Part shown: piece by piece, positions 59,049 through 64,000 of the stretch
Layout: each line of letters opens with the position of its first letter
How positions within the stretch are numbered: position 1 is the stretch's first letter
DNA from: Lachnospiraceae bacterium
Lineage (GTDB): Bacteria; Bacillota; Clostridia; Lachnospirales; Lachnospiraceae
Direction: 5' to 3'
NCBI GenBank assembly: GCA_024696825.1
Contig: JAILGL010000004.1
Coordinates: 23,433-87,432, forward strand
Length of the DNA: 64,000 nucleotides
The notes under the pieces: generated by a model
What the model was told of the DNA's origin: nothing
Database searches by the model: none
What the model saw: only the letters and a program-made list of their open reading frames with translations
Program-made: the position numbers and the translations under genes

Positions 59049-59130
59049 ATTTAAAAAAGTCATTTAAAAGGTGATTATAAAGATACAGTAAATTTGGGGA
59101 ATAAAAATGAAAAGGATAGTAGGAGGCGAC

Positions 59131-61152
59131 ATGAAGAATATATTTAAGGTTAGGCCCGGTAATGATATGAAATTCGGAGTTACCAGGGTGCCGGATGGAG
59201 TACAGTTTTCGCTGTATTTACCAGATACTGACAGCTGTGAATTAATTTTATACAAAAAGGGTAATAAAAAACCTGCTTCTGTAATAAAGCTGGATGACAA
59301 GTATAAAATCGGAAGTATGTTCTTTGTGGTGCTTGAAAAAAGTGATAAGAATACTGATAAGAGAGATATAGAGGATATTCTCTCAGAGGATTATGAGTAT
59401 ACTTATATTACTAAAAATGGTGAGGAAATAGACAAATATGCTGCTGTAATCTCAGGTAGGGAGAACTGGGGTAAGGTTTGCAGCGCCTCTGATGTAAGAG
59501 GAAGAATCAGTCTAAAAAAGTTTGACTGGAAGAATCAGGAGAGTCCTAGAATTCCATTTAAAGATATGATTCTCTATGAACTTCATGTAAGAGGCTTTAC
59601 AAAGCATTCTTCTTCAAAGGTTAAGAATAAGGGAACCTTCGCTGGTATAACAGAGAAGATTCCATACCTTAAGGAAGTAGGAATTAACGCAGTAATGTTA
59701 CTTCCATGCTACGAGTTTAATGAGGTTTTATGTGAAAAATCCTATGGTGAGCCTTCGGATTTTTACGAGATTAATAAGATTGGTCCCGTGGTAGATGCTC
59801 TGGATAAGCTTCCTGAAAGCAAGAAAAAGGCTATACTTGACAGAAGAAAAGAGGAAGCTATAGAAAAAATGGCGGTTGAAAAGCCTCAGGTTAAGCTTAA
59901 TTACTGGGGATATGGAACCAAGGACACCTACTATTTTGCTCCAAAGGCTTCATATGCAGCAGATAAATCAGATGTTCCAACTGAGATGAAAACCATGGTA
60001 AGAGAACTTCATGCAGCAGGTATAGAGGTTCTTATGGATATTTATTTCTCACCTGGAACTAATATAAATATGATGACAGAATGCCTAAGACACTGGGTTC
60101 TTAACTATCATATAGATGGATTTAGAATTAATGATGACGTTATGCCATCTATAATTCTTGCTTCAGACCCTATTCTTTCAGGGGTTAAGCTTCTTACCTC
60201 CTCATGGAATAGTGAGGACTTAAAGAGAGCAGGTGTGGTTAAGAAGCAGAATGCTCTTGCTGAGTATAATGAGGGCTTCATGAATGATGCCAGAAGATTC
60301 TTAAAGAGTGATGAGGGTATGACAGGTGCATTTCTTTCACGTACTCTTAGAAATCCGGAAGAGTTTTCTGTTATTAACTTTATCTCTCATGTTAATGGAT
60401 TTACACTTATGGACCTTGTGTCCTATGACATAAAGCATAATGAGTCTAATGGGGAGAATAATACCGACGGAACTGACTATAACTATAGCTGGAACTGCGG
60501 ATTTGAAGGCCCTAGTAGAAGGAAGGCCGTTATGAATCTCAGAATGCGTCAGATTAGAAATGCATTTACCATGCTTTTCTGTGCCCAGGGAACACCTATG
60601 ATTCTTGCAGGTGATGAGTTTGGAAATACTCAGATGGGTAATAATAATCCGTATTGTCATGATGATAATGTTACCTGGCTTAACTGGCGTAAAACCAAGA
60701 CAGGGGATGAGATTCTTGAATTTGTAAAGAATATGATTAAGTTTAGAAAGACCTATGGTGCCCTTCATCAGGAGAAGCAGCTTCTCTATATGGATACCAA
60801 GAATTACGGTATGCCTGATGTTTCAGTGCATTCAACCCAGGCCTGGAAACCTGATTATTCTAATTACAACAGAATGCTGGGACTTCTTCTAAATGGTCAG
60901 TATGCAGGTGAAAATGAAAAATCCATATATATTATTTACAATATGTATTGGGAGGCAAAATCCTTTGACTTACCTTATCTTCCTGAGGATAAGGAGTGGC
61001 ATCCGCTTTTTGAAACCTTTAACAATGAGTTTCATGAGATACCAAAGGCTAAGCCAAAGCCTAAGAAAAGGGGAAGAAAGAAGACTTCGCTTATTAAGGA
61101 ACGTAAGACCATAGTGCCAGCCAGAACAGTAGTTGTATTTATAGGTGAATAA
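59131..61152 (+). CDS. GlgX/isoamylase-like GH13 homologue (CBM48 + catalytic-like barrel) lacking the catalytic residues
   Basis: Start at ATG 59131 (AGGAGG 5 nt upstream). Strong GlgX framework (NYWGYG, HIDGFR, NGFTLMDLVSYDIKHNESNGENNTDG, QGTPMILAGDEFGNTQMGNNNPYC), but regions I-IV are substituted (see findings). Confidence 0.8.
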   Translation: MKNIFKVRPGNDMKFGVTRVPDGVQFSLYLPDTDSCELILYKKGNKKPASVIKLDDKYKIGSMFFVVLEKSDKNTDKRDIEDILSEDYEYTYITKNGEEIDKYAAVISGRENWGKVCSASDVRGRISLKKFDWKNQESPRIPFKDMILYELHVRGFTKHSSSKVKNKGTFAGITEKIPYLKEVGINAVMLLPCYEFNEVLCEKSYGEPSDFYEINKIGPVVDALDKLPESKKKAILDRRKEEAIEKMAVEKPQVKLNYWGYGTKDTYYFAPKASYAADKSDVPTEMKTMVRELHAAGIEVLMDIYFSPGTNINMMTECLRHWVLNYHIDGFRINDDVMPSIILASDPILSGVKLLTSSWNSEDLKRAGVVKKQNALAEYNEGFMNDARRFLKSDEGMTGAFLSRTLRNPEEFSVINFISHVNGFTLMDLVSYDIKHNESNGENNTDGTDYNYSWNCGFEGPSRRKAVMNLRMRQIRNAFTMLFCAQGTPMILAGDEFGNTQMGNNNPYCHDDNVTWLNWRKTKTGDEILEFVKNMIKFRKTYGALHQEKQLLYMDTKNYGMPDVSVHSTQAWKPDYSNYNRMLGLLLNGQYAGENEKSIYIIYNMYWEAKSFDLPYLPEDKEWHPLFETFNNEFHEIPKAKPKPKKRGRKKTSLIKERKTIVPARTVVVFIGE

Positions 61153-61221
61153 AAAATAATGTAAATGATTTCGTAAATTTGCAAAAATTGTCCAAAACCT
61201 TAATAAATTTCAAATAAAAGG

Positions 61222-61250
61222 TTGATAATTTTTATGTTAGAAATTATAAT
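61222..61250 (+). promoter_or_regulatory. Sigma-A promoter upstream of pilB
   Basis: TTGATA (61222-61227), 17 nt, TATAAT (61245-61250). Confidence 0.65.
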
Positions 61251-61285
61251 ATATAGTATATTGTTTGAGATGATAGGAGTTTATT

Positions 61286-63016
61286 ATGGATACAAGTAGT
61301 TCAAGGAGAAAAAAGCGACTTGGAGATTTGCTTGTCGGTGTTCAGGTAATATCACAGGACCAGTTAGATCAGGCTCTCGAGGCGCAGAAAACCGAATTTA
61401 AAGGTCAGAAGTTAGGTAATATCCTTATTGAAAAAGGGTTTATCACCGATGAAATTATAGCAGAGGCCCTCTGTCATCAGTTAGGTCTTGAGCGTGTTCA
61501 TCTGGGTAGTATGAATATAGACGAGGCAGTTCTTCAGACAGTTCAGGAGTCGGTGCTTAAAAAGTACATGATTATGCCATTTGAATTCCATCCTGATAAT
61601 CCTAATATCCTTAAGGTTGCCATGGTTGATCCTATGGATATGAATGCGATGGATGACTTGAGAATTATTACTAATCTTGAGATTGATCCATATGTTACAA
61701 CCGCTAAGGATGTTTCAGCATCTATCGACAGATACTTTGGTAGTTCTGAGGCTAATAAGATAGCTGATCAGTTCCAGAGAGAGCATGCTGAGAAATACGG
61801 TAAACAGGAGAAGAAAGAAGAGTCTGCTGACGTTAAGGAAGCACCTATCGTTAAGCTGGTTGACCAGATTATCACATCAGCTGTTCATAAGGGAACTTCC
61901 GATATTCACTTCGAACCATTGGAGAATAATCTTAGAATCAGGTTCAGAGTCGACGGCGTTTTGCAGGAGGCTATGAAGCATGATATTTCACTTCTTCCTG
62001 CTATGGTTGCCCGTATTAAAATCGTAGGTGGTATGGATATTTCTGAGAAGAGAAGACCTCAGGACGGTCGTATGACAAGTATAGTTGACCGTGTCGAGTA
62101 CGATATCCGTGTATCTATCCTTCCTACAGTATATGGTGAAAAGATAGTTATGCGTCTTACTCAGAAGCAGGCACTTTCAAGAGATAAGAAGATGCTTGGT
62201 TTCTCAGCAGACGAGTTAGAGAGATTTGATAATATTCTTAAACATCCACATGGAGTTATGCTGGTTACAGGACCTACCGGTTCCGGTAAGTCTACAACCC
62301 TTTATACAGCCTTAAGTGAGCTTAACACTGAAGGCGTTAACATTATCACAGTTGAGGACCCTGTCGAGGCTAATATCGATGGTATCAATCAGGTTCAGGT
62401 TAATCCTAAAGCAGGTATGACCTTCGCCGCAGCCCTTCGTTCTATCTTGCGTCAGGACCCTGATATCATAATGATCGGAGAGATTCGAGACGGTGAGACC
62501 GCCGGAATCGCTATCCAGGCCGCTATTACAGGTCACTTGGTTGTTAGTACACTCCATACCAACTCTTCAGCAGGTACAGTTACCCGTCTTGAAGATATGG
62601 GTCTTGAGAATTACCTTATCGCAGATGCGGTAGTAGGTATTATTGCACAGCGTCTTTTACGTCGTGTATGTCCAAAATGTCATGAAATGGTTGAGGCTGA
62701 GGATTTTGAGAAGAAAGAGCTTGGAATTCCTGAGAGTGATATGGATAAGCCACTTCTTATTCCTAAGGCACATGTTGAGCCGGGTGGATGTACTCACTGC
62801 GGCGGTATTGGTTATAAGGGACGAATTGGTGTTTACGAGATTCTTCAGATGTCACCTGAATTAAAGCGTATCATTACACGTGGTGGTTCAGTAGAAGAAA
62901 TCGAGAATCAGGCAGTTGCAGAGGGTATGAATACTATCGTTATGGCAGCCGCAAAGCACGTACTTAATGGTATTACAACTATTGAAGAGGTACATCGTGT
63001 TGCTTACGAAGATTAA
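61286..63016 (+). CDS. pilB: Type IV pilus assembly ATPase PilB (GspE family) with an N-terminal MshEN/T2SSE_N domain
   Basis: 576 aa. Walker A GPTGSGKST, Asp box VEDPVE, Walker B DIIMIGEIRD, His box GHLVVSTLHTN, tetracysteine CPKC...CTHCGG. Confidence 0.92.
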   Translation: MDTSSSRRKKRLGDLLVGVQVISQDQLDQALEAQKTEFKGQKLGNILIEKGFITDEIIAEALCHQLGLERVHLGSMNIDEAVLQTVQESVLKKYMIMPFEFHPDNPNILKVAMVDPMDMNAMDDLRIITNLEIDPYVTTAKDVSASIDRYFGSSEANKIADQFQREHAEKYGKQEKKEESADVKEAPIVKLVDQIITSAVHKGTSDIHFEPLENNLRIRFRVDGVLQEAMKHDISLLPAMVARIKIVGGMDISEKRRPQDGRMTSIVDRVEYDIRVSILPTVYGEKIVMRLTQKQALSRDKKMLGFSADELERFDNILKHPHGVMLVTGPTGSGKSTTLYTALSELNTEGVNIITVEDPVEANIDGINQVQVNPKAGMTFAAALRSILRQDPDIIMIGEIRDGETAGIAIQAAITGHLVVSTLHTNSSAGTVTRLEDMGLENYLIADAVVGIIAQRLLRRVCPKCHEMVEAEDFEKKELGIPESDMDKPLLIPKAHVEPGGCTHCGGIGYKGRIGVYEILQMSPELKRIITRGGSVEEIENQAVAEGMNTIVMAAAKHVLNGITTIEEVHRVAYED

Positions 63017-63123
63017 TTATTATTAATTATCTGCTTTGATTTATTTAATTTTGTACTGTTTTACAAGACTTTATAGGTGAGTCTTGCATTAAAAATAAAA
63101 GTAAAGAAATGGAGAAAAGTATC

Positions 63124-64000
63124 ATGGAAATTACTATGGGAAGCTTATTAAAAATAGCACGAGAGAGGGGTGCATCCGATTTACATATTACTGTTGGATT
63201 ACCTCCTAAGATAAGAGTTAATGGTACATTGGAAGATGTAATTCCTCATGTACTTACAGCACCTGAGACACAGGCACTTATTATGCCTCTTATTAATGAC
63301 AGACAGGTTGCTATTCTTAAGAGGGACGGTGAAGTCGACTTCTCACATGCTATTCAAAATCTTGGACGATTCCGTGTCAATGCCTTCAGACAGAAAGGTT
63401 CATTTGCCTGCGTTATCCGTCTTATTAACACAGTTATACCTAAGCCTGAAGTATTAGGTATTCCTTGGTCAGTTCTTGATCTTGCTAAGAGAAAAAGAGG
63501 TCTTGTACTCGTAACTGGTCCTACCGGTTCCGGTAAGTCTACATCTCTTGCATCTCTTATTAATATCATTAACGAGAACAGAAAAGAGCATATTATTACA
63601 CTCGAGGATCCTATCGAGTACTTACATGTTCATAAGAATTCAATCGTTAACCAGAGAGAAATTGGTTTTGATACCTTATCATTTGCAAACGGTCTTCGTG
63701 CTGCACTCCGTGAAGACCCAGATATTATTCTCGTCGGCGAGATGCGTGATAACGAGACTATCGAAGCTGCCATAACCGCAGCCGAGACCGGTCACCTCGT
63801 ATTCTCCACACTTCATACCATCGGTGCTGCTGCTACCGTAGACCGTATTATCGACGTATTCCCACCTCATCAGCAGGCGCAGATCAGAGTACAGCTCGCT
63901 ACGGTTCTTATCGCAGTTATTTCTCAGCAGCTTATGCCTACCTCAGACGGTAAGGGTCGAGTTGCTGCATACGAAGTAATGCATCAGACACCAGCTATTT
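63124..64000 (+). CDS. pilT: Twitching-motility (retraction) ATPase PilT, 3'-truncated by the window edge
   Basis: I translated this ORF by hand because it has no stop in the window and is absent from the track. It reads MEITMGSLLKIARERGASDLHITVGLPPKIRVNG...GPTGSGKSTSLASLIN...LEDPIEY...DIILVGEMRD...GHLVFSTLHT. GGAG lies upstream. Confidence 0.9.
   Translation, partial: MEITMGSLLKIARERGASDLHITVGLPPKIRVNGTLEDVIPHVLTAPETQALIMPLINDRQVAILKRDGEVDFSHAIQNLGRFRVNAFRQKGSFACVIRLINTVIPKPEVLGIPWSVLDLAKRKRGLVLVTGPTGSGKSTSLASLINIINENRKEHIITLEDPIEYLHVHKNSIVNQREIGFDTLSFANGLRAALREDPDIILVGEMRDNETIEAAITAAETGHLVFSTLHTIGAAATVDRIIDVFPPHQQAQIRVQLATVLIAVISQQLMPTSDGKGRVAAYEVMHQTPAI

Noticed and set aside
63017-63123. 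The hairpin CAAGACT-N9-AGTCTTG between pilB and pilT, considered as a terminator.
   Set aside because: No T-run follows it, and pilB-pilT are normally co-transcribed. At most it is an mRNA-processing or stability element, which I cannot support.
1-64000. Searched by eye for rRNA, tRNA, tmRNA, CRISPR, toxin-antitoxin pairs, restriction-modification or other defence modules, and prophage genes.
   Set aside because: None found. The intergenic regions are short, and the methyltransferases present are an RNA or small-molecule type (THUMP, SpoU, generic class I) with no adjacent nuclease.

Overview
This window is a low-GC, Firmicutes-type chromosome segment. Gene content and local synteny look clostridial or Lachnospiraceae-like, but that taxonomic guess is inference. 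It holds about 48 tightly packed protein-coding genes, and from 11 kb onward 41 of 42 genes are on the + strand.

The content is mostly core housekeeping:
- Central carbon metabolism: phosphoglucomutase (5'-truncated), pyk, pfkA.
- RNA and transcription: mrnC-rlmB-sigH.
- DNA repair and replication: an SOS-box-controlled Y-family polymerase/YolD pair, then hypB-uvrA, radA and dnaE.
- Proteostasis: clpC.
- Purine and aromatic biosynthesis: aroC, purB, purA, and a split PurO-type IMP cyclohydrolase plus AICAR transformylase.
- Carbohydrate enzymes: a secreted GH5, a cytoplasmic GH13 and a GlgX-like protein.
- Transport and translation factors: a heterodimeric ABC exporter and an ABC-F protein.
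- Signalling and surface structures: a FIST-GGDEF cyclase, and the start of a type IV pilus locus (pilB, pilT, the latter 3'-truncated).

I saw no rRNA, tRNA, CRISPR array, transposase, integrase or recognisable phage or defence module. I cannot point to a clear-cut novel multi-gene system.

The most unusual signals are at the single-gene level:
1. A class A PBP homologue in which every catalytic motif of both domains is substituted.
2. A GlgX/isoamylase homologue lacking all three GH13 catalytic carboxylates.
3. A lone minus-strand ParA/MinD-fold gene with a destroyed Walker A. Its 3' end overlaps pyk and its start is ambiguous.
4. An orphan hypB translationally coupled to uvrA, downstream of a perfect LexA box.
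5. A YbiT-like ABC-F protein with a dead second P-loop.
6. Two repeat-rich small membrane proteins.
7. A 630-nt non-coding region containing a perfect 17-bp inverted repeat and a possible 32-codon sORF.

All functional calls come from reading motifs in the supplied translations. No database search was run.
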